Source of the DNA: Macrostomum lignano
Lineage: Eukaryota
DNA length: 64,000 nt
Direction of reading: 5' to 3'
Assembly: GCA_002269645.1 (NCBI GenBank)
Contig: NIVC01003052.1
Span: 62,001-126,000, forward strand
Part shown: in pieces, positions 12,183-25,654 of the stretch
How positions within the stretch are numbered: the stretch's first letter is position 1
Layout: each line of letters opens with the position of its first letter
Made by a program: the position numbers and the translations under genes
Notes under the pieces: generated by a model
Databases searched by the model: none
Seen by the model: only the letters and a program-made list of their open reading frames with translations
Told to the model about the DNA's origin: nothing

Positions 12183-13137
12183 ATCCAAGATACGTTTGCC
12201 AATATAACGGAGCTTTTGTCTATGGTAGCAAGGCTGGTACAGCGGCATCAATTTGGCCCAACAAGCATCGATTTGGTCCATAGCTTCATTTGCAACTGCA
12301 GTGGAGGAGCAAGATCAGCCCCACACAATTGTGGACCATATTGCTAGGCTGCCGAACGAATGCCATTGGCTTGTGAATCGAAGCACTGGACAGAGGTGAA
12401 CACCCGAAGGACATTGCAAAGTTTATGAATGTAAAAGAAAAGATGGTTTACAGCATCCATCAGCGCCTTGAAAACACTGCCGGCAGAGATCCCCAAGGCA
12501 AGTTGCTCGAGAGCCTCAGGTCCAGCTGCTTACTCGATGCAGTTGAGACGAACCCTTAGTTGACGGTGCAGAAATGCAGCAGAAGCTGAAGGAACAGCTC
12601 CAGTTGGTTATCCGATTTCGACTATCAGCAGAGCTCTGGAAAAGCGACTGAAAATTGTTGGTAGAGACGCTGACATTCCAGCGGTACGCAACAACGTGCA
12701 GACGGTTGGGGGCAGGAGTTTGCCGAATATACCAATATGGATGGGCTGCTTAGGGCAGAAATGACTGAAACGGTCGAGGCGCGGAGAGCCGAGGCTGATC
12801 CAACCACATATCATTCTGTGTTCCCAAACGTTATTTACTGAATTCTTTCGTTTATTTCGTGTTTTATTCATGTTGTGTTTGCTCTCGCAGTGAAATATAC
12901 TGAGACGAAAAGTTATCCAATTTTACCCATGCTTAAATCAGTCGTGAGCAGATTTGCTTTGACCATAGACAGTGACGGCGGACAAATGTAGAGCGTTTCA
13001 ATCGCGTTTCAACCCAGACAGCCTACCCATAATGGCTCACGAGCGTTTGGACCAAATTGATGCTTATTGGACCAAATTAAATGCCAGCCTTCTACCATAG
13101 ACAAAAGCTTTGTTGCATTGGCAAACGTATCTTTGAT
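12183..13137 (+). mobile_element. Decayed Tc1/IS630-like TIR element retaining transposase N-terminal HTH region
   Basis: Diverged inverted repeats 12183-12280 / 13048-13137; from 12377 a frameshifted frame reads IEALDRGEHPKDIAKFMNVKEKMVYSIHQR...TVQK..KLKEQLQLV.ISTISRALEKRL...PAVRN, typical of IS630/Tc1 HTH regions. Confidence 0.6.
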
Positions 13138-14171
13138 TAACTTCAATGCACGTAGGCCAAAATGGACTGCAAAAAGTTATAGAATTATAGAACGAATAGA
13201 ACGGAGCACATCACCTAAAACACCAGCTTCATTTTTTGTCATAGACTATAATCTTGCTCTCACTGCTAAAAAAAAACCTTGATTAGATACGAAATGGACC
13301 TGTTTTGGCCATTTTCACAGGAAAATCTTCTACGTGGAGATTTCAGAAATTGAACCGAGCCCAGCGATTTGCAATCGAATGAACCAATAAGTTGCATAAA
13401 AATTGACCAAATTACGGTTCGATTTTAAATGCATTACAAAACAAACAAATAGAGAGACAATCTACACATCCAAGGTACCAAACTCGAGCATATAGCTACC
13501 TACGGACAGGGATCGGCTAGTTCGAAGTTCCAATCAGAATTACTTAGCCAGGATTGGTCGGGTCTGGGGATGGGGCAGAACAGGGAGGAGAGGAAGTCTC
13601 ATGCAGCTCATTTATACCGACAGACGTGCCAGAGAGCACAGGGTACTCAGCACTCACTACACACGAGAGAAGAGAAAAATATTTCCAGACTGCAGCACTC
13701 CTTAATCAGGGCCGATTTTGTAAGTTATGCTTAGATATTTTCTCTCTCTCAGCCAAGTGTATTACACCAGCTGCGGTAGCATCCCCTTACCCGCATCCCC
13801 TGCAAGACCCGGAGCCTCTGCAAGTGCGCAGATAATCACACAGGGACTGTAAGACCAATCGGTGCAGAAGAGAGTCTGTCCATATGCTGCAGCAGCTGCT
13901 GCTAGAACAAACACGTGCCCTCGTGTGTCTTCTTCACCATAGGGGAGGGAGCAGAGAGGGTGGCGCATAGCAACTCAACTGACCGCTGAGGGAACGTGTT
14001 TCGTCTGATCTTCTTCTCTATCCAAAGTCCAAAGCATTAAACCAAGCTGAAAGCAAGATATCTGCATCGCCCCGAATATTGATCTAGTTATTGTAAATAC
14101 AGCACAGCATAGGAACTCTGGTTAATGTTTCTACACTTGTATTTATAGTATGCGTTAATGTACCAAGAAGG

Positions 14172-14838
14172 CAGAGTGACAGAATCAAGAAAAAAGAGTG
14201 ACATAATCAAGAAATCAGAGTGACAGAATCAGGAAATCAGAGTGACAGACCAAGGAAATCAGAGTGACAGAATCTGGAAATCAGAGTGACAGAATCGGGA
14301 AATCAGAGTGACAGAATCAAGAAAACAAAGTGAAAGACCCAAGGAAACAGAGTGACAGAACCAAGAAAAGAGTGACAATTGCAAACAGAGTGACAGAATC
14401 AAGAAAAGAGTGACAGAATTGCAAACAGAGTGACACAACCAAGAAAAGAGTGACAGAACTTCAAACAGACTGACAAAACCAAGAAAAAAGTGACATAATT
14501 GCAAACAGAGTGACATAATTGCAAACAGAGTGACAGAATCAGGAAATCGGAGTGACAGAATCTGGAAATCAGAGTGACAGAATTAGGAAATCAGAGTGAC
14601 AGAATCAAGAAAACAAAGTGAAAGACCCAAGGAAACAGAGTGACAGAACCAAGAAAAGAGTGACCGAATTGCAAACAGAGTGACAGAACTAAGAAAAGAG
14701 TGACAGAATTGCAAACAGAGTGACAGAACCAAGAAAAGAGTGACAGAATTGCAAACAGAGTGACAGAATCACGAAAACAGAGTGACAAAATTAGGAAATC
14801 AGAGTGACAGAATCAGGAAATCAGAGTGACAGAATCAG
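14172..14838. repeat. ~20-21-bp minisatellite CAGAGTGACAGAA.. upstream of the GPCR
   Basis: Tandem periodicity with variants. Confidence 0.9.
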
Positions 14839-14889
14839 TCAGTACACGCAGTGCAACTTTCAACTCCTCCGCTCCTCATTCGCAGAGCT

Positions 14890-15627
14890 ATGCTCCCCTA
14901 TCCGCTCTTCTTTCGCTTCAACGCCTGTACGGAGGTGCCCCAGCGGCTCAGCGCCAACGAGTCGTGGGCGGACTGCGATGGAGTCGAGACCCAAGCCGTC
15001 CTGTTCGCGGCCTACTTCGCCATCGTGCTGCTGCTGACCGCAGCGGCCTGTCTGTCACGTGACAACGCCAACACCGACCAAGCCATGGCCGCTATGATGC
15101 GGGTCAACGTTGCCGCTGATGTTGTGATCGCATTCTGCCTGGTGGCAGACAGTTGCGTCACCCTGATATTCGGCGTCTGTCGGCAGTTCCCTCTGATGCA
15201 GTGGGGCATGCTGGGCAGTCTGGCTCTGTCGCTGAACCTCTGGCTGGCGCAGACTAGCCTGTATTTCCGCAACTGGATGGTGGCGGTGATCGCCCTGGCC
15301 AGATACCGGATGTTCCGCAACCGCCAGAAGCTACAATGGCGCAGTTTCGTCTCAGCTGCGGTGTTTCTGGGCGCCAACTCGGCTCTGTTTGCTTTGCCGC
15401 AGGTTTTCTACAGCGTAGGCGAGGTGTGCTCAAATGACCTGTTCGGGCCGCTGGTTGTCAGGCCGCTACTGATCGGGTCGAACATGTCGTCAACATTCGA
15501 TATCGTCAACGCGGTTGTGATCGTCCCGCTGCAGGCGGTGCTGCCGTTTGTATTGGGATTTGCAGCCTCAATAGCTGTGATGCGCATCCTCTGGCTGCAT
15601 TTGCGACCTCAGCAACAGCAACAGCAA

Positions 15628-15659
<32 letters not shown>

Positions 15660-16005
15660 ACAGCAGCTTCAAGGACTCACCAACCGACACAGGAATCGCT
15701 ACTGGAGGCCGTTCATCGCCTTCCTGGTGATGAACGCCATGCTGCTGCTGCTTTACCTGCCCGTGATGCTCATCCGAATCTTGTCGCTAATGAACTTCGA
15801 TATTAATCGATTCTTCTGGCTATCAAACGTTTTGTGCAACGCTATTTCGCTAGCCAACATTGGCGTGTACTTTTACCTGTGCAAGACCTGCAAGTGCAGC
15901 TGGAGAAGGGAGCCGGAAGGATCAGTCAACGGTGTCCGGCAGCAGGGAGATGAGATGTCCAGGCGGCAGAGGAGCAGCGCGGTGACTATGAATGTCAGGA
16001 AATAG
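14890..16005 (+). CDS. Rhodopsin-like (class A) 7TM GPCR, peptide-receptor/Srw-like, intronless, polyQ in third cytoplasmic loop
   Basis: 371-aa ORF from ATG 14890; seven hydrophobic segments; NWMVAVIALARY (DRY-equivalent); TM7 N..N...Y pattern; ~19 Gln run at 15610-15666. Confidence 0.85.
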
Positions 16006-16087
16006 CCGAAGCTTTTTAAGCAGTCAATTTCCTGTTGTCTGCCGACTGCCAGTGATAAGTACTGCACCCGCAAGGAGCTCTGCACTC

Positions 16088-16757
16088 AGCTACCTGAACT
16101 GCGCCTGATTGAGGACCAAAGACTGTTAACTAAACTAAAAGCTACCTGAACTGCTCCTGCTTGAGACCAGACACCGCAAAACTAATCTAAAAGCTACCTG
16201 AACTGCTCCTGCTTGAGACCAGACACCGTGAAACTAATCTAAAAGCTACCTGAACTGCTATACCGCTTGAGACCAGACACCGTGAAACTAATCTAAAAGC
16301 TACCTGAACTGCTCCTGCTTGAGACCAGACACCGTGAAACGAATCTAAAAGCTACCTGAACTGCTATACCGCTTGAGACCAGACACCGTGAAACGAATCT
16401 AAAAGCTACCTGAACTGCTATACCTGCTTGAGACCAGACACCGTGAAACTAATCTAAAAGCTACCTGAACTGCTATACCTGCTTGAGACCAGACACCGTG
16501 AAACTAATCTAAAAGCTACCTGAACTGCTATACCTGCTTGAGACCAGACACCGTGAAACGAATCTAAAAGCTACCTGAACTGCTATACCTGCTTGAGACC
16601 AGACACCGTGAAACTAATCTAAAAGCTACCTGAACTGCTATACCTGCTTGAGACCAGACACCGTGAAACTAATCTAAAAGCTACCTGAACTGCTATACCT
16701 GCTTGAGACCAGACACCGTGAAACTAATCTAAAAGCTACCTGAACTGCACCTGCTTG
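16088..16757. repeat. 55-bp minisatellite downstream of GPCR stop
   Basis: Period 55 (e.g. CCGTG at 16441 and 16496). Confidence 0.95.
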
Positions 16758-16999
16758 TTGTTAAACAATAATGGCAAAAAATCATAATTAATATTAATAC
16801 ATGCAGAGACTAATCCGGACTAGTTTCAAGAGAATTGGTAACCACTGCACCCCAAGTGTGAACTACTCGCGGTAAATTGTTGTAAAAAGTTTTTAATCCC
16901 TACCTGTAGGTTAGCAACAGCTAAGGTAGTTTACGTGACGTGTTTTTTTATTTAATATTTCAATGCGCAAGTGTGCGATATTAAAATTCTTTAAATTAT

Positions 17000-17430
17000 T
17001 TTTAATGGCTTTTCCGTATAACATAAATTTACATGTAAGTCCCGTATTCTCATTGTGTATTGAGGCCCCAATGCTAATGCTTTTGTTGCAATGCTAAACA
17101 TGCTGCTTGATGTGCTAACTGTAATTTTTCTTGATACTTGACCGTTGTGTTTGTTACTGTGGACCAGAAGCTTTAACAAGCCACTGTATGGAGCAATGAT
17201 TAAACGGTTCTTTTCAAAGAAGAGTTATTGTGCGCCATCAGACATCCTAAACCGGTATTCACCTGCATCTTAATCTTCAAAGAGATGTCTTGATGATTTT
17301 AAGTTTACTAAGGAAAACAGTGAGACTGCATTCTGTAGCAGTACGCCTGCAGGAAGCCAAGTAAATATTGAGCGCTTAATCCAAGACCCAAGCTATATAT
17401 TCATATAGAAGCTCATATTCATGCAAATTT
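17000..17430 (-). pseudogene. Possible decayed transposase-like fragment
   Basis: Stop-interrupted frame ..NAVSLFSLVNLKSS..YRFRMSDGAQ*LFEKNR..IATKALALGPQYTMRI loosely resembles SDG..QxKN-type DDE transposases; weak. Confidence 0.25.
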
Positions 17431-17559
17431 TGAGGAGCCAGAACTCAAATTTAATCAAATATCGACTCGTTTTGAGATGCGCTTGCACAGCTCAGAACAG
17501 CTCAGATGCTGCTCTTAAAAAAGTGGCAAATGATAGAACTATGAGCACATAGGCAAACA

Positions 17560-20140
17560 GCTCGCTATGACCACAGCTGACACAGAATAAACAGATCGTT
17601 ATGACCACATCTGAGACACAATAAACAGCTCGCTATGACCACAGCTGACACAGAATAAACAGCTCGCTATGACCACAGCTGACACACAATAAACAGATCG
17701 TTATGACCACAGCTGACACACAATAAACAGCTCGCTAGGACCACAGCTGACACAATAAACAGCTCGCTATGACCACAGCTGACACACACAATAAGCAGAC
17801 CGCTATGACCACAGCTGACACACACAGTTCGCTATGACACAGCTGACACACACAATAAACAGACCGCTATGACCACAGCTGACACACACAATAAACAGCT
17901 CGCTATGACCACAGCTGACACACACAATAAACAGCTCGCTATGACCACAGCTGACACACACAATAAACAGCTCGCTAGGACCACAGCTGACACAATAAAC
18001 AGCTCGCTATGACCACAGCTGACACACACAATAAGCAGACCGCTATGACCACAGCTGACACACACAGTTCGCTATGACCACAGCTGACACACACAATAAG
18101 CAGACCGCTATGACCACAGCTGACACACACAATAAACAGCTCGCTATGACCACAGCTGACACACACAATAAACAGCTCGCTAGGACCACAGCTGACACAA
18201 TAAACAGCTCGCTATGACCACAGCTGACACACACAATAAGCAGACCGCTATGACCACAGCTGACACACACAGTTCGCTATGACACAGCTGACACACACAA
18301 TAAACAGACCGCTATGACCACAGCTGACACACACAATAAACAGCTCGCTATGACCACAGCTGACACACACAATAAACAGCTCGCTATGACCACAGCTGAC
18401 ACACACAATAAACAGCTCGCTAGGACCACAGCTGACACAATAAACAGCTCGCTATGACCACAGCTGACACACACAATAAGCAGACCGCTATGACCACAGC
18501 TGACACACACAGTTCGCTATGACCACAGCTGACACACACAATAAACAGACCGCTATGACCACAGCTGACACACACAATAAACAGCTCGCTATGACCACAG
18601 CTGACACACACAATAAACAGACCGCTATGACCACAGCTGACACACACAATAAACAGACCGCTATGACCACAGCTGACACACACAATAAACAGCTCGCTAT
18701 GACCACAGCTGACACACACAATAAACAGACCGCTATGACCACAGCTGACACACACAATAAACAGCTCGCTATGACCACAGCTGACACACACAATAAACAG
18801 CTCGCTATGACCACAGCTGACACACACAATAAACAGCTCGCTATGACCACAGCTGACACACACAATAAACAGCTCGCTAGGACCACAGCTGACACAATAA
18901 ACAGCTCGCTATGACCACAGCTGACACACACAATAAGCAGACCGCTATGACCACAGCTGACACACACAGTTCGCTATGACCACAGCTGACACACACAATA
19001 AACAGACCGCTATGACCACAGCTGACACACACAATAAACAGCTCGCTATGACCACAGCTGACACACACAATAAACAGCTCGCTATGACCACAGCTGACAC
19101 ACACAATAAACAGCTCGCTAGGACCACAGCTGACACAATAAACAGCTCGCTATGACCACAGCTGACACACACAATAAGCAGACCGCTATGACCACAGCTG
19201 ACACACACAGTTCGCTATGACCACAGCTGACACACAATAAACAGACCGCTATGACCACAGCTGACACACAATAAACAGCTCGCTATGACCACAGCTGACA
19301 CACACAATAAACAGCTCGCTATGACCACAGCTGACACACACAATAAACAGCTCGCTATGACCACAGCTGACACACACAATAAACAGCTCGCTAGGACCAC
19401 AGCTGACACAATAAACAGCTCGCTATGACCACAGCTGACACACACAATAAGCAGACCGCTATGACCACAACTGACACACACAGTTCGCTATGACCACAGC
19501 TGACACACACAATAAACAGACCGCTATGACCACAGCTGACACACAATAAACAGCTCGCTATGACCACAGCTGACACACACACTAAACAGCTCGCTATGAC
19601 CACAGCTGACACACACAATAAACAGCTCGCTATGACCACAGCTGACACACACAATAAACAGCTCGCTATGACCACAGCTGACACACAATAAACAGCTCGC
19701 TATGACCACAGCTGACACACACACTAAACAGCTCGCTATGACCACAGCTGACACACACAATAAACAGCTCGCTATGACCACAGCTGACACACACAATAAA
19801 CAGCTCGCTATGACCACAGCTGACACACACAATAAACAGCTCGCTATGACCACAGCTGACACACACAATAAACAGCTCGCTAGGACCACAGCTGACACAA
19901 TAAACAGCTCGCTATGACCACAGCTGACACACACAATAAACAGCTCGCTATGACCACAGCTGACACACACAATAAGCAGACCGCTATGACCACAGCTGAC
20001 ACACACAGTTCGCTATGACCACAGCTGACACACACAATAAACAGCTCGCTATGACCACAGCTGACACACACAATAAACAGCTCGCTATGACCACAGCTGA
20101 CACACACAATAAACAGCTCGCTAGGACCACAGCTGACACA
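17560..20140. repeat. ~36-bp minisatellite CAGCTCGCTATGACCACAGCTGACACACACAATAAA with 32/34-bp variants
   Basis: Tandem periodicity and higher-order blocks; all ORFs 17832-20206 are artefacts. Confidence 0.97.
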
Positions 20141-20554
20141 GCCACAAGAACGGGCCATCAGTTCCGCGAGACACAGGAAATTTCAACAAGTCTGCAGCTG
20201 GCATAAATCATTTGAGACGGGCATCTGGTTCGGCAGCGACCTTAGCTCAGGAAAAATAATTGAATTCTGTTAACGTGTATTCAATTGAAATATGCAATTT
20301 AATAAATCGAATCGTGCAATTCTCGCAGTCATTTAGAGTGGAGACACTTTACTAACAATGAAGACATGAATTTAGCATTTTCCAAACCGATGGAGCCCAG
20401 GAGAAAGCAATTCAACCCTTAACGCAAGAGTCAAATGCGATTTTATAATGACAGAAATTTGTAAATTAAATGAAAGACCAAATGATTGTACACGAGAAAA
20501 TGAGTCTGTCGTATATAAAAAACGCTTCGATCTAACCCGAAGATAGATACTACG

Positions 20555-20790
20555 AAGAGAGGGGAGAAAGGGCGAGGGAAGGGGCGAGAGAGGGGAGAGA
20601 AGAGGGAGAGGGGGAAAGGGTAGAGGGGGAGAGAAGAGGGAGAGGGGAGAGAGGGCGAGAGAGGGGGAGAGGAGAGGGAGGGGGAGATGGGCGAGAGGGG
20701 GAGAGAAAAGGGAGAGGAGGGAGAGGGCGAGAGGGAGAGGAGGCTAGAGGGGAGATGGGGGAGAGCAGAGAAGAGGGAGAGGGGGAGACC
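20555..20790. repeat. GA-rich polypurine tract
   Basis: Direct. Confidence 0.9.
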
Positions 20791-21439
20791 AGAATTAACC
20801 AGAATCACTCAGCACAAAAGCTGCGGCAACGAAGATGGGAAAAACAAGAAAATTGAAAAGCAAAAAGCAGGATCTGCAAAAATCAAAGAGATTTCAAATT
20901 ACCAAACGAATAGGGCAGACAATTAGCGACACACTAGGCCAATCAAGCGCGACTCGCGATGACGCCATCAAAAAAAATTCCCACAATCATAGGAACAGAC
21001 TTTAGCAAAGCTGCGCTTAAGAAGACGGCAACAAATAGTCATCCGCGGATTTAAAAAAGCAGAAAAATGAGGATAGGGTGAAAAAACGAAGCTATAAAAA
21101 TGCTTTCAAGCAGATTAGGCAGTGCACAGGTATTCGCAAGCAGGTTGAACCTAGTCTAACAATGCCTGATATACATTTAGTTGCTAAGCTAAAAAACACA
21201 ACAAAAGCAGGAATTAAAGAACAATAGACATGGAACAAAGACTGACTAATTGAAAGCTGCTAGAGACTAGATCAAAAGTAGCCGAGAAGGCGGCTCGGTA
21301 CAAACGAACAAGACGAAGCAATTAGGGACAGCGACTATGCCGAGTCACTAAAGCCAGTCCGCATAACTGTAAAGATCAAAGCGAAAAGGTAACGTCGATT
21401 AACGCTAACTGTAAGTCCGCGCTAAAACAAAGCCAGGTT

Positions 21440-22117
21440 AGCGCAAAAACTGATTGAGCTTTGGCGCTAAAACTGACTGGAATTGGCGCTAAAACTGACT
21501 GGAATTGGCGCTAAAACTGACTGGAATTGGCGCTAAAACTGACTGGAATTGGCGCTAAAACTGACTGGAATTGGCGATAAAACTGACTGGGATTGGCGCT
21601 AAAACTGACTGGAATTAACGCTAAAATTGACTGGGATTGTCGCTAAAACTGACTGGGATTGGCGCTAAAACTGACTGGAATTAACGCTAAAACTGACTGG
21701 GATTGGCGCTAAAACTGACTGAGATTGGCGCTAAACAGACTGAGATTGGCGCTAAAACAGACTGAGATTGGCGCCAAAAAAGACTGAGATTTGGCGCTAA
21801 AACAGACTGAGATTGGCGCTAAAACAGACTGAGATTGGCGCCAAAAAAGACTGAGATTTGGCGCTAAAACAGACAGAGATTGGCGCCATTTAAAGTGACT
21901 AAGATTGGCGCTAAAACAGACTGAGATTGGCGCCAAAACAGACTGAGATTGGCGCTAAACAGACTGAGATTGGCGCTAAAACAGACTGAGATTGGCGCAA
22001 TTTAAAGTGATTGAGATTGGCGCAATTTAAAGTGATTGAGATTGGCGCCAAAACTGACAGAGATTTTGCGCTGAAACAGACTGAGATTGGCGCCAAAACA
22101 GACTGAGATTGGCGCCA
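21440..22117. repeat. ~22-bp minisatellite ATTGGCGCTAAAACTGACTGGA, 3' of F-box gene
   Basis: Tandem periodicity. Confidence 0.93.
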
Positions 22118-22160
22118 GAACAGGCAAGACTGGCGTAGCGTGGTCGCTAGTCAACTGTCA

Positions 22161-22874
22161 TCAATTAATCAGGTGATCCCTGCTAGCCAGCTGGTAGAAC
22201 TGACAAGCTGCCGGTCTCAGAGGATTAAAAAAATCGTCTAGCACGAGCCGACGCATCGGCGGCAGGTGAGCCGAGGGCGCCAGCGCCGACCATTCAACGC
22301 GAAGATAACTATAAAGAACGTCGCGCACGAGGCCGTAGTCAGCTTCGTAGTTTCGACGCTGCAACGGTCGATGGGAGGGCAGCTCCATCAACTGATGCTG
22401 CTGCTGTTGCTGCTGAGGCAGCTGCTGCTCAGACTCCAGCAGCTCCTCTAATCGCACATGCAAGCAGCGCAGCTGAGACCCGTAGTGCCTAGCAATGGCC
22501 AACAGTTCCCGTTCCCGCAGTCGGCCGCCTTCGTAGGCGAAACCGCGCAGACGAGGCGCCAGGGTCAGCAGCTGGCGCGTCAGCTCGGCGCTCCAGCCGC
22601 GCTCTTCAAGCGGCCCGACCGCGTGGACGGCCAGGTACTCGAGCCCGGCGCTGGCCGACACGCAACGAAGCAACAGCGGCAGCTCCTGTTCGGCATTCTG
22701 AGTTTGCACGTAGAGAGCCCGAACTGGGGGCGGAGTGGGCAGGCTGGACAAATCGCTGAGCCACAGGGTGCTGGGCTCGCCGTATAGGATGAAGCTGAGC
22801 TCGAGTCTGGGAGCGGCCAGCATCAACTCTCGCCAGAATCTGTCCCGCCATGAGTAGCCAGCCTCAGGTTGTTG
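22161..22874 (-). CDS. F-box/LRR-like gene, terminal exon
   Basis: Acceptor atcccgcag|CAA phase 0; open frame QQPEAGYSW...DHLIN*; LRR-like LxxLxL segments (LEYLAV, LRGFAY, LRCLHV). Confidence 0.8.
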   Translation of the reverse strand, partial: QQPEAGYSWRDRFWRELMLAAPRLELSFILYGEPSTLWLSDLSSLPTPPPVRALYVQTQNAEQELPLLLRCVSASAGLEYLAVHAVGPLEERGWSAELTRQLLTLAPRLRGFAYEGGRLRERELLAIARHYGSQLRCLHVRLEELLESEQQLPQQQQQQHQLMELPSHRPLQRRNYEADYGLVRDVLYSYLRVEWSALAPSAHLPPMRRLVLDDFFNPLRPAACQFYQLASRDHLIN

Positions 22875-22904
22875 CTGCGGGATTTAGGAGTAAATAAATA
22901 GTAT

Positions 22905-25060
22905 CAGAGTCTTAGTGTCAGTGGCATAGTATCAGTGCCTTAGTGTCAGTGCCTTAGTGTGAGTGGCTTAGTGTCAGTGGCTTAGTATCAGTGGCTTAGT
23001 GTCAGTGCCTTAGTGTGAGTGGCTTAGTGTCAGTGGCTTAGTGTGAGTGGCTTAGTGTCAGTGGCTTAGTGTCAGTGCCTTAGTGTGAGTGGCTTAGTGT
23101 CAGTGGCTTAGTGTCAGTGCCTTAGTGTGAGTGGCTTAGTGTCAGTGGCTTAGTGTCAGTGCCTTAGTGTCAGTGGCTTAGTGTCAGTGCCCCAGTGTCA
23201 GTGGCATAGTGTCAGTACCTTAGTGTCAGTGGCTTAGTGTCAGTGCCCTAGTGCCAGTGCCTTAGTGTCAGTGCCCCAGTGTCAGTGCCTTAGTGTCAGT
23301 GGCTTAGTGTCAGTGCCTTAGTGTGAGTGGCTTAGTGTCAGTGGCTTAGTGTCAGTGCCTTAGTGTCAGTGGCTTAGTGTCAGTGGCTTAGTGTGAGTGG
23401 CTTAGTGTCAGTGCCTTAGTGTCAGTGCCTTAGTGTCAGTGGCTAGTGTCAGTGCCTTAGTGTCAGTGGCTTAGTGTCAGTGGCTTAGTGTGAGTGGCTT
23501 AGTGTCAGTGCCTTAGTGTCAGTGGCTTAGTGTCAGTGCCTTAGTGTCAGTGCCTTAGTGTCAGTGGCTTAGTGTCAGTGGCTTAGTGTCAGTGGCTTAG
23601 TCTCAGTGGCTTAGTGTCAGTGCCTTAGTGTCAGTGGCTTAGTGTCAGTGGCTTAGTGTGAGTGGCTTAGTGTCAGTGCCTTAGTGTCAGTGGCATAGTG
23701 TCATTGGCTTAGTGTCAGTGGCATAGTGTCAGTGGCATAGTGTCAGTGGCATAGTGTCATTGGCTTAGTGTCAGTGCCTTAGTGTCAGTGGCTTAGTGTC
23801 AGTGCCTTAGTGTCAGTGGCATAGTGTCAGTGGCATAGTGTCAGTGGCATAGTGTCAGTGCCTTAGTGTCAGTGCCTTAGTGTCAGTGGCTTAGTGTCAG
23901 TGGCTTAGTGTCAGTGGCTTAGTGTCAGTGCCTTAGTGTGAGTGGCTTAGTGTCAGTGGCTTAGTGTCAGTGCCTTAGTGTGAGTGGCTTAGTGTCAGTG
24001 GCTTAGTGTCAGTGCCTTAGTGTCAGTGGCTTAGTGTCAGTGCCCCAGTGTCAGTGGCATAGTGTCAGTACCTTAGTGTCAGTGGCTTAGTGTCAGTGCC
24101 CTAGTGCCAGTGCCTTAGTGTCAGTGCCTTAGTGTCAGTGGCTTAGTGTCAGTGCCTTAGTGTGAGTGGCTTAGTGTCAGTGGCTTAGTGTCAGTGCCTT
24201 AGTGTGAGTGGCTTAGTGTCAGTGGCTTAGTGTCAGTGCCTTAGTGTCAGTGGCTTAGTGTCAGTGCCCCAGTGTCAGTGGCATAGTGTCAGTACCTTAG
24301 TGTCAGTGCCCTAGTGCCAGTGCCTTAGTGTCAGTGCCCCAGTGTCAGTGCCTTAGTGTCAGTGGCTTAGTGTCAGTGGCTTAGTGTGAGTGGCTTAGTG
24401 TCAGTGGCTTAGTGTCAGTGGCTTAGTGTCAGTGGCTTAGTGTCAGTGGCTTAGTGTGAGTGGCTTAGTGTCAGTGCCTTAGTGTCAGTGCCTTAGTGTC
24501 AGTGGCTAGTGTCAGTGCCTTAGTGTCAGTGGCTTAGTGTCAGTGGCTTAGTGTGAGTGGCTTAGTGTCAGTGCCTTAGTGTCAGTGCCTTAGTGTCAGT
24601 GGCTTAGTGTCAGTGCCTTAGTGTCAGTGCCTTAGTGTCAGTGGCTTAGTGTCAGTGGCTTAGTGTCAGTGGCTTAGTGTCAGTGCCTTAGTGTCAGTGG
24701 CTTAGTGTCAGTGGCTTAGTGTGAGTGGCTTAGTGTCAGTGCCTTAGTGTCAGTGGCATAGTGTCATTGGCTTAGTGTCAGTGGCATAGTGTCAGTGGCA
24801 TAGTGTCAGTGGCATAGTGTCATTGGCTTAGTGTCAGTGCCTTAGTGTCAGTGGCTTAGTGTCAGTGCCTTAGTGTCAGTGGCATAGTGTCAGTGGCATA
24901 GTGTCAGTGGCATAGTGTCAGTGGCATAGTGTCAGTGCCTTAGTGTCAGTGCCTTAGTGTCAGTGGCTTAGTGTCAGTGGCTTAGTGTCAGTGGCTTAGT
25001 GTCAGTGGCTTAGTGTCAGCACCTTATTGCAGTGCCCTAGTGCCAGTGTCTTAGTGCCCT
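22905..25060. repeat. 13-bp minisatellite TTAGTGTCAGTG(G/C)C filling F-box intron (~2.1 kb)
   Basis: Tandem periodicity. Confidence 0.97.
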
Positions 25061-25103
25061 AAGGGTAATATTATAGTGCCAGTGGAGCAAAGAAGCAATT
25101 TAC

Positions 25104-25424
25104 CCAATGGCCGTGATGCTGATATCGCGACATAAATCCGGTATCAACTGTCAGACTAGTCAGGCAGCCCCTAGTAGCCAGCCGCATCAGAGCAGTCTCG
25201 TGCACATTATTCCACAGATAGCTGACTGTGAGGTGTCGCAGCGAAGTCAGCCGGTCCGCTAGCCGGGGCGTCAGCTTAGGCAAGCGTGACGCTTCCGCAG
25301 GGCTGTGCGGTTTAAAAAATGGCACGCACTGCAGAGATAGACAGCGCTCCGGTATCCGATTGTGCAGGCATCTGGCGATAGCGCAGGTGACTGCCAGGCT
25401 GCTATGCGAGCAGTTCACGCTCAC
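25104..25424 (-). CDS. F-box/LRR-like gene, middle exon
   Basis: Acceptor ttcgctcag|GTG, donor TGG|GTAAAT; 321 nt phase 0 to 0; LTSLRHLTV and LTSLTV LRR-like motifs. Confidence 0.8.
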
Positions 25425-25654
25425 CTGAGCGAAATCATTCAAATTATTGCATATTGATTTCGAAACTTAATGCAGCTCCCGACTTTATTCTGATCGAATC
25501 GTCGCCCTGATAAAGCTGATTTTTTTATAGTGCGCTTTTCACGTAGCGATCCTAGGGCGACTAATATTTCACTACGGTTTCTAGTTGTCTACATCCGGTA
25601 GCGTGATAGCCTCCGTGAAAGGAGTAGTGTGAAAGGGTCTGTAAATGGAAGAGT

